This document shows positions 39,421-49,002 of a stretch of DNA of 64,000 nucleotides, piece by piece. Each line of letters opens with the position of its first letter. Within the stretch, counting starts at the first letter, position 1. The position numbers were made by a program, and so were the translations under genes. The notes under the pieces are model-generated. The model worked only from the letters and a program-made list of their open reading frames with translations, was not told the origin of the DNA and ran no database searches. This DNA is from Thermodesulfobacteriota bacterium (GTDB taxonomy: Bacteria > Desulfobacterota > Binatia > Bin18). The stretch is taken from assembly GCA_964291405.2 (NCBI GenBank), contig OZ219926.1:3008001-3072000 (forward strand). The letters run 5' to 3'.

Positions 39421-40449
39421 ATGAAATTTATTTTTTGGTTTCTCGTTTATATCGTGGTCTGCGCGGCTCCATACTCCGTTGCGGCGGAAGACGTTGATAT
39501 TGCGGACTGCTTCAAGACTGATCTGGCACCCGCAACCCGGTTCGTTGCCTGCCGCGTGGCCGCTGAAGCCGGACACGCGGATGCGCAGTACAGTCTCGGC
39601 TATATGTACAGCACGGGGGAGGGCGTCCCGCAGGACTATGCGGAGGCAGCGGTGTGGTATCGTCAGGCCGCCGAGCAGGGGGACGCGAGTGCGCAGGTCA
39701 ATCTCGGCTACATGTATGATATGGGCCAAGGCGTCCCGCAGGATTATGCGGAGGCGGCGGTGTGGTATCGTCAGGCCGCCGAGCAGGGAGACGCTCAGGC
39801 TCAGTCTAACCTCGGCGTCATGTACCACATGGGCCAAGGCGTGGCGCAGGACTATGCGGAGGCGGCGGTGTGGTATCGGCGGGCCGCCGAGCAGGGAGAC
39901 GCTCAGGCTCAGTCTAACCTCGGCGTCATGTACCACATGGGCCAAGGCGTGGCGCAGGACTATGCGGAGGCGGCGGTGTGGTATCGTCAGGCTGCCGAGC
40001 AAGGGGACGCTCAGGCCCAGTTCAACCTCGGCGTCATGTACTACAGGGATGAGGGCGTGGCGCAGGACTATGCGGAGGCGGCGGTATGGTATCGGCGGGC
40101 TGCTGAATCCGGAAACGCGAATGCCCAGTTCAATCTTGGCTACATGTACAATTCGGGGGAGGGCGTCTCGCAGGACTATGCGGAGGCGGCGGTGTGGTAT
40201 CGGCGGGCCGCCCAGCAGGGACACGTGAGGGCGCAATCTAGTCTCGGCGGCATGTACTACAAGGGTGAGGGCGTCCCGCAGGATTATATCCTGGCCTATA
40301 TGTGGTTCAATCTCGCTGGTGCAAACGGCCCCAAAAAGTTGCTTGAGGTTCGCGACCTGGTTGCTCAGGAGATGTCCCCGGCCCAGGTCGCCGAAGCCCA
40401 GCACTTGTCCCAGCAGTGGACGGCAACGCATCGGACCGGGGCGGAGTAG
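39421..40449 (+). CDS. Secreted Sel1-repeat protein (about 7 repeats of 36 aa)
   Basis: Signal peptide; repeats AQxNLGxMY..G.GV.QDYAEAAVWYRxAAEQG; AYMWFNLA cap. Confidence 0.95.
   Translation: MKFIFWFLVYIVVCAAPYSVAAEDVDIADCFKTDLAPATRFVACRVAAEAGHADAQYSLGYMYSTGEGVPQDYAEAAVWYRQAAEQGDASAQVNLGYMYDMGQGVPQDYAEAAVWYRQAAEQGDAQAQSNLGVMYHMGQGVAQDYAEAAVWYRRAAEQGDAQAQSNLGVMYHMGQGVAQDYAEAAVWYRQAAEQGDAQAQFNLGVMYYRDEGVAQDYAEAAVWYRRAAESGNANAQFNLGYMYNSGEGVSQDYAEAAVWYRRAAQQGHVRAQSSLGGMYYKGEGVPQDYILAYMWFNLAGANGPKKLLEVRDLVAQEMSPAQVAEAQHLSQQWTATHRTGAE
39565..40290 (+). repeat. 108-bp coding tandem repeats (Sel1 units)
   Basis: caggactatgcggaggcggcggtgtggtatcg recurs every 108 bp; units starting near 39781 and 39889 are nearly identical. 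Confidence 0.9.
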
Positions 40450-40539
40450 TACGGAACGGGCCGCTGACTGGATAGCCGCTCCGTGTACAAAGCGGAGCCG
40501 ATCGAGCAGGCCGGTCCACGCTCCAGCTTCTACCCCCGT

Positions 40540-41070
40540 CTATGTCCGCTTCGCCTGGGCGAGGAGCAAATCGCTATATGACTCGGCAACAAGATCGTGC
40601 GGCTGGATTCCCAGTCCATGCTGAAATGACTGGCACTGGGCGAGGAGCTGCTCTTGGCTGAGAGTGCCTTCGTTATCAATAGCTTCGATTTCAACAAAAT
40701 GCCCGAGTCCTTCGACGCGATCAATATGAAATTTGACGTTATCGATGAACGCAATCTCCCGTTGCTTTTTGACCACAACAAGCACGCCCAGAGCCTGGGT
40801 GAGTTGGGCTTTGAGTGTCGAATCCGACTGTGTCTTTGTTAAGAGGACATTCGATTGTTTGGCCGACTCCTGATCCGCGCGCTCGTAGTAGATGAGGGCG
40901 TTTTCAATCCGGCCCTCCCGGAGCTTGAGCCGTCCGCGCGGAACCCGAAAATAGGTGTCTGTCTGGTAGTCGATGCCTCTTACGTCTGCGCCGTGCGAGC
41001 GCAGATAGTCCCGGACGCGCCGGGCCTGCGTGCAGCGTGCCTTGATTTCGATAATGGTAATAGGGGACAT
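40540..41070 (-). CDS. CYTH-domain protein (class IV adenylate cyclase-like)
   Basis: EIKAR, QTDTYF, RLKLRE, DRVEGLGHFVEIE. Confidence 0.88.
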   Translation of the reverse strand: MSPITIIEIKARCTQARRVRDYLRSHGADVRGIDYQTDTYFRVPRGRLKLREGRIENALIYYERADQESAKQSNVLLTKTQSDSTLKAQLTQALGVLVVVKKQREIAFIDNVKFHIDRVEGLGHFVEIEAIDNEGTLSQEQLLAQCQSFQHGLGIQPHDLVAESYSDLLLAQAKRT

Positions 41071-41077
41071 ACAAACG

Positions 41078-41119
41078 ACGAAACAAAAGAGGGGCGACCT
41101 GCTGGCCACCCCTCTTTTG
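41078..41119 (-). terminator. Intrinsic terminator after the D-aminoacylase gene
   Basis: CAAAAGAGGGG ... CCCCTCTTTTG stem followed by a T-rich tract on the minus strand. Confidence 0.75.
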
Positions 41120-41157
41120 CAAACTTCGTAGACAGGGCAGGCTCTGTAGAGAGCGCA

Positions 41158-42840
41158 CTACGCGCTGCGCAGCACCCGCCCGGCAAACGCGCCGGCATGG
41201 TCGAGTCCTTCCATAAACACCTGGCCGTTGACCAGGGTGTACTCATAGCCCGAGGACTTCTGAATATAGCGCCCACTTCCAGCGGGAAAATCGTACACAA
41301 AAGTCGGCGGCGGCAGACGCAGATTGTCATAATCAATGACGTTCACATCGGCGTAAGCGCCTGCGCGCAGCACGCCCCGATCGTGAATGCCAAACAGTTG
41401 GGCCGGTTCCGCGGTCAGCATATGAATGGCCTGTTCGAGCGCAAAATGTTCGCGTTCCTTGACCCAGTACTTCAGAAAATAGGTTGGCAGGCTGGAATCC
41501 ATGATCTGCCCGCAGTGGGCGCCGGAGTCGCCCAAGCCAATAACGACCTGCGGATGATCCAGCATGTGCTGCACGGCATCAAACTGTGGGTTGAGGAAGG
41601 GATAGTTGAACAGCGCCTCGCCGTTATTTTCGAGAGACAGGGCGATAAAAGCTTCGCCCGGACTCACTCCAAGGCGGTCGGCATGGGTCTGAAGGCTGTC
41701 CGATGCCCCCAGGTCATAGCGCACCTCTCCTTGGGGCAGGACAAAAATCTGACTGAAATCAATCGGCGGCGGATCGTCCTTGGCTTCCTGTATCATCCGC
41801 GCCTGATAAGCCGGATCGCGCAGCTTGGCGACTTTGTCGGCCAGGCTCAGACCGCGCAGGGCTCTCCATGCCGGAGCTCGGTCAAACGGTGTCCGATTGA
41901 CAAAGCCGAACAGCACGCCAATACCCCGTGTGGTGGACTGGGCAAAGACTTTGGCCCCGCGCTTGGCGCTGGCGTTGATCTGGTCCAACATGGACGCATA
42001 CGCCGTCGGATGCGGGCGGCTCTGGGCCAGACCAAAGGTCACGGGCCGGCCGGTGGCCAGACTGACTTCCGTCATCCAGTGCACTTCACGTTGCAGGTCT
42101 TCCTGGCTGCCGCTGTCGATACCTGGCGCGGCCTCAACCACGCCGCGTTGCAGTTCGCCCAGCGCACTGGCGATTCCCATCAGCTCGTCAAACTCGGCAA
42201 ACGTGCCGGGAACGGGCTGCCCCTCCGGGGTGCGGTGAAGAATGGTCCGCGAGGTAGAGAATCCGAGCGCCCCGCCGGCAATGGCTTCGGCGACAATATC
42301 GTGCATCTTGCCAATAGCCTCGGGGCTGGCGGGCTTGTTTTCCAGGCTTTCCTCACCCATGGCCCAATAGCGAACCGCGCAGTGACCAACCATACCGCCG
42401 ACGTTGACCCCTTTGGGGGCCGTATCGAGCGCCTTGAGATATTCTCCGTAGGTTTCCCATTTCCAGGGCATACCTTCGGTAATGCTCGCCGCGGGAATAT
42501 CTTCCACCGATTCCATCAGGTGAGCCAGATAGTCCCGATCCTGCGGACGGCACGGGGCAAACGTCACGCCGCAGTTGCCCATGACAACCGAGGTCACGCC
42601 GTGCCAGCACGAGGAGGAGACCGCGGGGTCCCACCAGATCTGAGCATCCAGGTGGGTATGAATGTCCACAAAACCGGGGGTGACGAGCTTGCCTTCGGCA
42701 TTGATGGTCCGTTTTGCCGCACCGGTCACCGTACCGATTTCGGCGACTCGGTCGCCCTGGATGGCAACATCCGCGTGGCGTTGTTGACTGCCGGTACCGT
42801 CAATGACGGTCCCGTTTTTAATAACGATATCGTAGGCCAT
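41158..42840 (-). CDS. N-acyl-D-amino-acid deacylase family amidohydrolase
   Basis: PGFVDIHTH, HGVTSVVMGNCG, GALGFSTSR, DSGAH. Confidence 0.9.
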   Translation of the reverse strand: MAYDIVIKNGTVIDGTGSQQRHADVAIQGDRVAEIGTVTGAAKRTINAEGKLVTPGFVDIHTHLDAQIWWDPAVSSSCWHGVTSVVMGNCGVTFAPCRPQDRDYLAHLMESVEDIPAASITEGMPWKWETYGEYLKALDTAPKGVNVGGMVGHCAVRYWAMGEESLENKPASPEAIGKMHDIVAEAIAGGALGFSTSRTILHRTPEGQPVPGTFAEFDELMGIASALGELQRGVVEAAPGIDSGSQEDLQREVHWMTEVSLATGRPVTFGLAQSRPHPTAYASMLDQINASAKRGAKVFAQSTTRGIGVLFGFVNRTPFDRAPAWRALRGLSLADKVAKLRDPAYQARMIQEAKDDPPPIDFSQIFVLPQGEVRYDLGASDSLQTHADRLGVSPGEAFIALSLENNGEALFNYPFLNPQFDAVQHMLDHPQVVIGLGDSGAHCGQIMDSSLPTYFLKYWVKEREHFALEQAIHMLTAEPAQLFGIHDRGVLRAGAYADVNVIDYDNLRLPPPTFVYDFPAGSGRYIQKSSGYEYTLVNGQVFMEGLDHAGAFAGRVLRSA

Positions 42841-42960
42841 GACTCCCCCTTGTGTGGCTCAGTGCGTTCCTCTGACCAGCTTGCCTATGTGTTAGCGCTC
42901 CACTTTGCGCAATTCGGGGCGCCGTGTCAATTCGGCTCAAAAAATCGCCACCCAGGCCCA

Positions 42961-43002
42961 CCACCCTCCCTGGGAGGGGTGGCGCGTAGCGGCGGGGTGG
43001 GT
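42961..43002. repeat. Intergenic REP-like hairpin
   Basis: CCACCCTCCC-t-GGGAGGGGTGG followed by GGCGGGGTGGG. Confidence 0.45.
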
Positions 43003-43128
43003 ACTCCCTGGTCCGGCGATCCCCTGCCTCTGGCGAGCGCTGGTTCCTGGGAATGTGCATCACACGTACCAGAGGAGCCGGAACAGGGAGAACAGCCATG
43101 ACCCGGCAGGCACCGTGAGGTCGCAGAT

Positions 43129-43250
43129 TTAACACTCGAACAGATTGGAGACGCTGGAGTTCAAGGAGACGACCGGGACTCGCCGGGAGGCGGCCATGAT
43201 GGTGTGCGCCTTCCTGAACCAGTGCGACGGGCAGATACACGGCGAGCAAC
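43129..43250 (+). pseudogene. Schlafen/AlbA_2-domain N-terminal fragment
   Basis: TLEQI, then frameshift, then ETLEFKETTGTRREAAMMVCAFLNQCDGQI matching the E-x-x-EFK..AFxN..GG pattern. Confidence 0.65.
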
Positions 43251-43344
43251 GCTGGGGAGTCAGTATGCGACAGGACTCAGAACACCGGACCGATGAGTGA
43301 ACGCGTGTAAGTCTTCTTGGACGAGTTGAGAGGGGGCAGCAGTA

Positions 43345-43415
43345 ATGAACCCACAGGTATCGGTACCAAAATCCGCCTACGCCACATGATTGAGGCAGTG
43401 GCGGGATGCCGCCGG
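43345..43415 (+). pseudogene. Possible collapsed MNT-HEPN (DUF86) toxin-antitoxin remnant
   Basis: MNPQVSVPK (MNT-like start) joined in another frame to IRLRHMIEA (DUF86-like start); short matches from recall. Confidence 0.35.
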
Positions 43416-43437
43416 CGAAGCCTCAGGAAAGCATGGC

Positions 43438-43824
43438 TTACCAGAGGCGGCGCACGCCGTACCGGTCGAAGAGTGATTCGTTTGAAATGAAAACGAGATT
43501 GTGCGCCAGCGCCTGGGCGATGAGCATCCGGTCGAAGGGGTCTCGATGGGGACCCGGTAGCGCGCCAGCGCGACTGGCGTCATCCACGGTGATGGCAAGC
43601 TCGTCGAAACCCTGGTTTGCTATAGCTCCGGCAACGTCAGCGGCGATCAAGTCAGTGCCTGGGAGTTTGCCGAGCCGATGTTTGGTGGTGATTTCCCAGG
43701 CCGACGCTGCGCTTATCAACACTGCATTCGCCTCGTCCGCAATCGTGCGGTATACCGTCTCCGACAGACGCCTGCTGTCTGTCATCCACCAAAGAAAAGT
43801 ATGCGTGTCCAACAGTGCTCGCAC
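43438..43824 (-). CDS. vapC: VapC/PIN-domain toxin
   Basis: LLDTHTFLWW, SAASAWEI, HRDPFDRMLIAQA. Confidence 0.92.
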   Translation of the reverse strand: MRALLDTHTFLWWMTDSRRLSETVYRTIADEANAVLISAASAWEITTKHRLGKLPGTDLIAADVAGAIANQGFDELAITVDDASRAGALPGPHRDPFDRMLIAQALAHNLVFISNESLFDRYGVRRLW

Positions 43825-43826
43825 CG

Positions 43827-44060
43827 CTATTCACCTTCCCATGCTTTCAACTCCTCCTCCGGCAGTGGGTCGAAGAAACTGTCTGGAATGACGATCTTTC
43901 CCTTGAAAATATCGGGCTGCCGCTTGCCTTGCTTTTGGACACTCACCAACCGCGCCACCGGCTTGCCGTTGCGGGCAATGATAACCTCCTCGCCGCCCTC
44001 GACTTGCGCAAGCAGACGCGACAACTGGGTCTTCGCTTGATGGACATTCACCACTGGCAT
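43827..44060 (-). CDS. Phd/YefM-family antitoxin
   Basis: VNVHQAKTQLSRLL..GEEVIIARNGKPVARL. Confidence 0.92.
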   Translation of the reverse strand: MPVVNVHQAKTQLSRLLAQVEGGEEVIIARNGKPVARLVSVQKQGKRQPDIFKGKIVIPDSFFDPLPEEELKAWEGE

Positions 44061-44073
44061 TGCTGGCTCCTTG

Positions 44074-44102
44074 AAGTATGATTAGCTAAGAGTATGACTA
44101 AT
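44074..44102. promoter_or_regulatory. Putative antitoxin operator
   Basis: Direct repeat AGTATGATTA / AGTATGACTA around palindrome TTAGCTAA just upstream of the antitoxin. Confidence 0.4.
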
Positions 44103-44642
44103 ACAAATATTGTGTCAAGCGGCCAACTTGATCGTATTTACTCCATGAATACGGTACGGAGGAAATTTTCATATTTCGTGAAATTTCACCCCGCATGAAA
44201 TCATGGAAATCTCGACTCTGCTCTGGCTTTTCGACTTCCTGCGCGGGGTCGGATTCATGCTCTATGCCACCCCCAAATGACCCCTTACGACCCCTCAACA
44301 TCGCCCCCAAAGACCCCTCTGAAACCCCGATTAAGGGGCATTTTTTGATATCAGGGTTTTGTGAAATCACGTGAAAATTTCATAACCCGTGAGAAATCGC
44401 TAACTGCCCGCACACGCGGGACTTTTCGCGATTTCGGCCAAAATCGTTATGAAATATTTCGCCAATTCTCACATCCTGAACCAAAAGTGGCACTGAACTT
44501 TTGGAATTTTACAGCGAGAGTGGAAAGTGTACGCGCGGCAGAGCGTGGCTGTGGCATGCCTGATTTTCCAGTGGATTCTTGCCCAATCGGGGAGCCTTGG
44601 ATGCTTGTCTCCCTCCGAGCAGGTGTGGTACACGGGGCACTC

Positions 44643-46211
44643 ATGAATCTGGTGCAGCATTTCTGGAACCGGCTTGCTCACGATGCAGACCGCGTGCTGT
44701 TCGAACATCTCGCGCCGTCGGGAGAAATCATTTGGCGTCAGACCCGCGGCGCCTTGCTCACGGAGGCTTCGCTGTGGATGGCCGCTCTGCGCGGTGCCGG
44801 CATCGGGCCGGGTGACCGGGTTGCCCTGTCGCTGGGCAAGGCCACTGGTCTGGTCACCGCGCACTTGGCTATTCTTGGTGTCGGGGCCGGTGTGGTGCCG
44901 CTCAATCCCGCGCTGTCTGCGGTCGAGACTGAAGCCGTCCTGAAACAGGCCGAGGTCAAACTGGCGATTACGACCGCGTCAACGGTCAACCGCTCTCCGG
45001 AGATTGTCACTGCGGTCAACGGACCGTGGTGGGTTGCCACCCAGGATGAAGAGCAAGGCGATGTTCCGCAGCAGACCGTCGCGTTAGCCAATGTCCTGGC
45101 CGGTTATCGGCCCGGTGCCGAACCCTATATCGGTTCGGATGACGCGGTTGCCCTGCTGCTGTTCACCAGTGGAACGACCGGGCAACCCAAAGGTGTTGGG
45201 CTGACCCACCACAACATTGGTGCCAACCTCCAGGCCCTACTGGTCGAGACCTGGCAAATGAGCGCCGAGGATCGTCTGTTGCACGCCCTGCCGCCCCATC
45301 ATCTGCACGGCCTGGGTCTCGGCCTGTATGGAACGCTGTACGTTGGCAACGCGGCCGTGCTGCTGGACCGCTTCGACCCCGTGGTCGTTCTGACCGCGTT
45401 GGCCCAACATCGCATCAGCGTGTTTATGGGTGTCCCGACCATGTATCATCGCATGGTTGAACGCATGGCCGAGCTGGCCGGAGACGTGTCCTATGCCTCA
45501 ATGCGGGTGTTTATCTCCGGCTCCGCGCCGCTCTCGCCCGAGACCTTTCGACGTTTTGAAGAGCAGTCGGGTTTCCGTATTGTCGAACGCTATGGCCTGA
45601 CCGAGACCGCGATCAATACGTCCAATCCCCTGGATGGTGAGCGCCGCCCCGGTACGGTTGGTCCGGCCTTGCCGGGGGTTGAGGTTGGGATTTTCGATCC
45701 GCACACCAAGCGGCCGCTCTCGCCTGGGGAGACCGGAGAAATCTGGGTGCGTGGTCCGAATGTCTTTAGCGGCTACTGGAATAATCCGGAGGCCACCGCA
45801 ACGGCCTTCTGTGACGACTGGTTTCGTACCGGTGATTTGGGTGTCCTGTCCGCGGACAACTATCTGTCCATCAACGGTCGGATGAAGGAGCTCATCATCG
45901 TGGGGGGAACCAATGTCACGCCGGGGGAGGTCGAAGCTGTCCTGGAAACTCAAGCGGGTGTGCGTGAGTGTGCGGTTGCCGGTGTGCCGGATGCGGATTT
46001 GGGAGAAAAAGTCGCCGCCTTCATCGTTCCCCAGGCTGACCAGGACGCGACGACTCTTGAAGACCGGCTACGCAAGCGAGCCGAACAGGACCTGGCGCCG
46101 TATAAGCGCCCACGTCTGTATCGCTTTCTGGCCGAAATTCCGCGTAACTCCATGGGCAAGGTCGAACGCGGGAAACTCAAGGACCTGGGAAGCGAAGCCC
46201 CAGCGGTCTGA
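44643..46211 (+). CDS. Acyl-CoA synthetase (MatB/malonyl-CoA synthetase-like)
   Basis: FTSGTTGQPKG, ERYGLTE, WFRTGD, PRNSMGKV. Confidence 0.88.
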   Translation: MNLVQHFWNRLAHDADRVLFEHLAPSGEIIWRQTRGALLTEASLWMAALRGAGIGPGDRVALSLGKATGLVTAHLAILGVGAGVVPLNPALSAVETEAVLKQAEVKLAITTASTVNRSPEIVTAVNGPWWVATQDEEQGDVPQQTVALANVLAGYRPGAEPYIGSDDAVALLLFTSGTTGQPKGVGLTHHNIGANLQALLVETWQMSAEDRLLHALPPHHLHGLGLGLYGTLYVGNAAVLLDRFDPVVVLTALAQHRISVFMGVPTMYHRMVERMAELAGDVSYASMRVFISGSAPLSPETFRRFEEQSGFRIVERYGLTETAINTSNPLDGERRPGTVGPALPGVEVGIFDPHTKRPLSPGETGEIWVRGPNVFSGYWNNPEATATAFCDDWFRTGDLGVLSADNYLSINGRMKELIIVGGTNVTPGEVEAVLETQAGVRECAVAGVPDADLGEKVAAFIVPQADQDATTLEDRLRKRAEQDLAPYKRPRLYRFLAEIPRNSMGKVERGKLKDLGSEAPAV

Positions 46212-46235
46212 AGGCAGCCTGAAGGAGTAGCGATC

Positions 46236-47087
46236 ATGCAGCTCGTCACCTATGAACGCAACAATCAACGCAGCACGGGCGTGTTGACCGCCGCCGGTGT
46301 TGTCGATCTTCCGAGCGCCTCCCACGGAGTGGTCCCCGGCGACATGCTGCGCCTGCTCCAAGGCGGAGCGGCCGTGCTGGATCAGGCGCAGGAAGCCACC
46401 GGTGCCGACGGCCCGATTCCGCTGGCCGATGTCCAACTCAAAGCCCCTATTGCGAGACCGGGGAAAATCCTCGGGATCGGACTGAACTATGCCGACCATG
46501 CCGCGGAAGGCGGCAGGAAGAAACCGGACTATCCACTGATTTTTGCCAAGACCGTACCGGAGACGATCGGCCTGGGCGAGGCGATTCACCTTCCGCCGGT
46601 GAGTCAGATGGTTGATTTTGAGGGCGAGTTGGCGGTCGTGATCGGCACCTTGGCCAGAGCGGTTTCAGCCCAGGACGCCCTCAACTATGTTGCCGGTTAC
46701 ACGATTTGTAATGATGTGAGCGCGCGCGATTATCAGCGCCGGAGCGGCCATACTCCCGGCAAGTCGTTTGAGACGTTTGCGCCGCTGGGGCCGGTCATTG
46801 TCACCCGAGACGAAATTCCCGACCCCCACGCGTTGGACATTCGGACCGTGGTCAGCGGGCAGGAAATGCAGCACTCCAACACGAAACATCTGATTTTTCA
46901 GATTCCGTATTTGATCGAGTATCTGTCGCATATCTTTCCCCTGGAACCGGGCGATGTGATTACCACCGGAACCCCCTCGGGCGTGGGGGCCTATCGCGAG
47001 CCGCCTCGCTTTCTCAAGGCCGGCGATACGGTCCGGATTGAAGTGGAGGGAATTGGGGTTTTGGAGAACCCGGTAGTGGCCGGCTGA
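46236..47087 (+). CDS. Fumarylacetoacetate hydrolase family protein
   Basis: IGLNYADH, DFEGELAVVIG, NDVSARD, TGTPSGVG. Confidence 0.92.
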   Translation: MQLVTYERNNQRSTGVLTAAGVVDLPSASHGVVPGDMLRLLQGGAAVLDQAQEATGADGPIPLADVQLKAPIARPGKILGIGLNYADHAAEGGRKKPDYPLIFAKTVPETIGLGEAIHLPPVSQMVDFEGELAVVIGTLARAVSAQDALNYVAGYTICNDVSARDYQRRSGHTPGKSFETFAPLGPVIVTRDEIPDPHALDIRTVVSGQEMQHSNTKHLIFQIPYLIEYLSHIFPLEPGDVITTGTPSGVGAYREPPRFLKAGDTVRIEVEGIGVLENPVVAG

Positions 47088-47167
47088 ATCCGCGGCCCGG
47101 TCCTCGCCTGACACTCTCACGCTTGCAACTCTATCCTTACACAACCACGAAGGTGGGGAAGTGAACG

Positions 47168-48919
47168 ATGGCGGATCAGCCCACAGACACCCACCAGGAT
47201 ATTCGCTACGAGCCCGATGAGCGTCCCCCGCTCGCGCTCTCCATCGGGCTTGGGTTCCAGTATGCCATACTCGCCGTTGCCGGCATCGTACTGACGCCGG
47301 TCATGATGATCAGAATTGCGGGCGGGAGTGAAGCCTATCTGTCATGGGCGGTGTTCGCCGCGCTCGTGATCAGTGGGACAACCACGATAATTCAGTCCGT
47401 CCGTCTCGGGCGCATTGGTGCGGGCTATATTCTGCTCATGGGCAGCTCCGGCGCCTTCATTGCCGTCTGCGTGTCAGCGCTGGAGCAGGGTGGACCGGGA
47501 CTGATGGCGAGCCTGATCGTCATTGCCTCTCTCTTCCAGTTCGTGCTTGCGACCAAGCTGTCATGGTTCCGGCGAATCTTCACGCCAACGGTAGCCGGCA
47601 CCGTGCTGATGCTGATCCCGGTGACCATCGGCCCGCTCGTCTTGAGTAAGCTGACAGACGTGCCGGCGGGCGCGTCGCCAGCGGCCGCGCCCGTGACCGC
47701 AGGTGTGACCCTGGTGGTCACGATTGTAATGGCGCTCTATAACTCTAGCGCGTGGCGGCTCTGGGCTCCGGTCATCGGGATAGGCGCGGGCAGCGCGGTC
47801 GGTGGTCTGGTTTTCGGCATCTATGAAACCGCGCGTATCTCCGAGGCGGCCTGGGTCGGCTTGCCGGCAGTCGTGTGGCCCGGCCTCGACCTCAGCTTTG
47901 GTCCGACCTTCTGGGCTCTGCTGCCGGCGTTCGTGCTGGTGACGCTCATTGGTGCGCTCGATACGATCGGCGACACTATTGCGATCCAGCGGGTCTCGTG
48001 GCGTAGACCGCGCGCGATCGACTTCCGCTCGATTCAGGGTGCGCTCACTGCCGACGGCCTGGGCAATCTGCTCTCCGGGTTCGCCGGCACGGTGCCCAAC
48101 GCGACGTATACGGCGAGTATCTCGGTCGCCGAAATCACCAGAGTGGCGGCCCGTTTTGTCGGCGTGTGTGTGGGCGTCATTTTCGTTGTACTGGCCTTCC
48201 TGCCGAAATGTGTTGCTGCCGTGGTGGCCATACCGGGTCAGGTGGTGGCGGCCTATTTTATTGTGCTGATGGCGATCTTCTTTGTCATGGGGATGCGCAT
48301 CCTCTTTCAGGACGGTCTCGACTATCGAAAGGGCGTCATAGTGGGCCTCGCGTTCTGGATTGGGAGTGCGCTTCAGCTTGATTGGATCTTCCCGGAATAC
48401 TTTCAGGGGTCGTGGAGCAAATTGCTCAGGAACGGGATGACTGTCGGCGGCTTCACGGTGATGTTCCTGACGCTGTTCGTCGAGCTGACCGGGTCACGTC
48501 GCCAACGCCTCAAGACCATCTTGAACGTCGATGCTTATCCGAAGGTTGATGCCCTCCTGTCCGGATTTGCCGCCCATCAGGGCTGGAACCAAGAGATGAC
48601 CGATCGGCTGCGCGCGGTCGGTGAGGAGACGCTCCTCATCCTCATCCAGCAGAAAGAGAAAGGTTCGACACACGCCGAGCGCCGCCTGTTGCTGATCGCA
48701 CACAGCGATGGCGAGGCGGCTGATCTGGAATTCATCGCCGCCGCCGACGAGACGAATATCGAGGATCAGATGGCACTGCTCAGCGAACAGGTTGTAGGGG
48801 TGCCGGTCGAGGAAGAGCTCTCCCTTCGTCTGTTGCGGCATTACGCCACGTCCGTGCGCCATCAGAAATTTCACGATACCGACGTGGTCACGGTCCGCGT
48901 GGAGCCGACCGTCTCCTGA
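47168..48919 (+). CDS. NCS2 (xanthine/uracil)-family permease with C-terminal RsbW/HATPase-like domain, paralog 1
   Basis: DERPP..LGFQ, FTPTVAGTVLMLI, ADGLGNLLSG, then a 140-aa soluble tail. Confidence 0.8.
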   Translation: MADQPTDTHQDIRYEPDERPPLALSIGLGFQYAILAVAGIVLTPVMMIRIAGGSEAYLSWAVFAALVISGTTTIIQSVRLGRIGAGYILLMGSSGAFIAVCVSALEQGGPGLMASLIVIASLFQFVLATKLSWFRRIFTPTVAGTVLMLIPVTIGPLVLSKLTDVPAGASPAAAPVTAGVTLVVTIVMALYNSSAWRLWAPVIGIGAGSAVGGLVFGIYETARISEAAWVGLPAVVWPGLDLSFGPTFWALLPAFVLVTLIGALDTIGDTIAIQRVSWRRPRAIDFRSIQGALTADGLGNLLSGFAGTVPNATYTASISVAEITRVAARFVGVCVGVIFVVLAFLPKCVAAVVAIPGQVVAAYFIVLMAIFFVMGMRILFQDGLDYRKGVIVGLAFWIGSALQLDWIFPEYFQGSWSKLLRNGMTVGGFTVMFLTLFVELTGSRRQRLKTILNVDAYPKVDALLSGFAAHQGWNQEMTDRLRAVGEETLLILIQQKEKGSTHAERRLLLIAHSDGEAADLEFIAAADETNIEDQMALLSEQVVGVPVEEELSLRLLRHYATSVRHQKFHDTDVVTVRVEPTVS

Positions 48920-49002
48920 TGAGCGGACCCGCGCCGCGTGGGTCCGCTCCTTACTGCCAACGTCTTCCTGACGCTGCGCCATGTCCCTGCTATAGTCGTG
49001 GG

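Noticed and set aside
39259-40431. Repetitive antisense and alternate-frame ORFs; possible CRISPR-like periodicity
   Set aside because: Periodicity is the 108-bp Sel1 coding repeat; there are no unique spacers and no cas genes.
40855-43101. 748-aa plus-strand ORF
   Set aside because: Antisense shadow of the D-aminoacylase and CYTH genes; no motifs; expected in GC-rich DNA.
44361-44642. 94-aa N-terminal extension of the acyl-CoA synthetase
   Set aside because: Runs through the AT-rich palindromic element and is not protein-like; ATG 44643 is the more plausible start.
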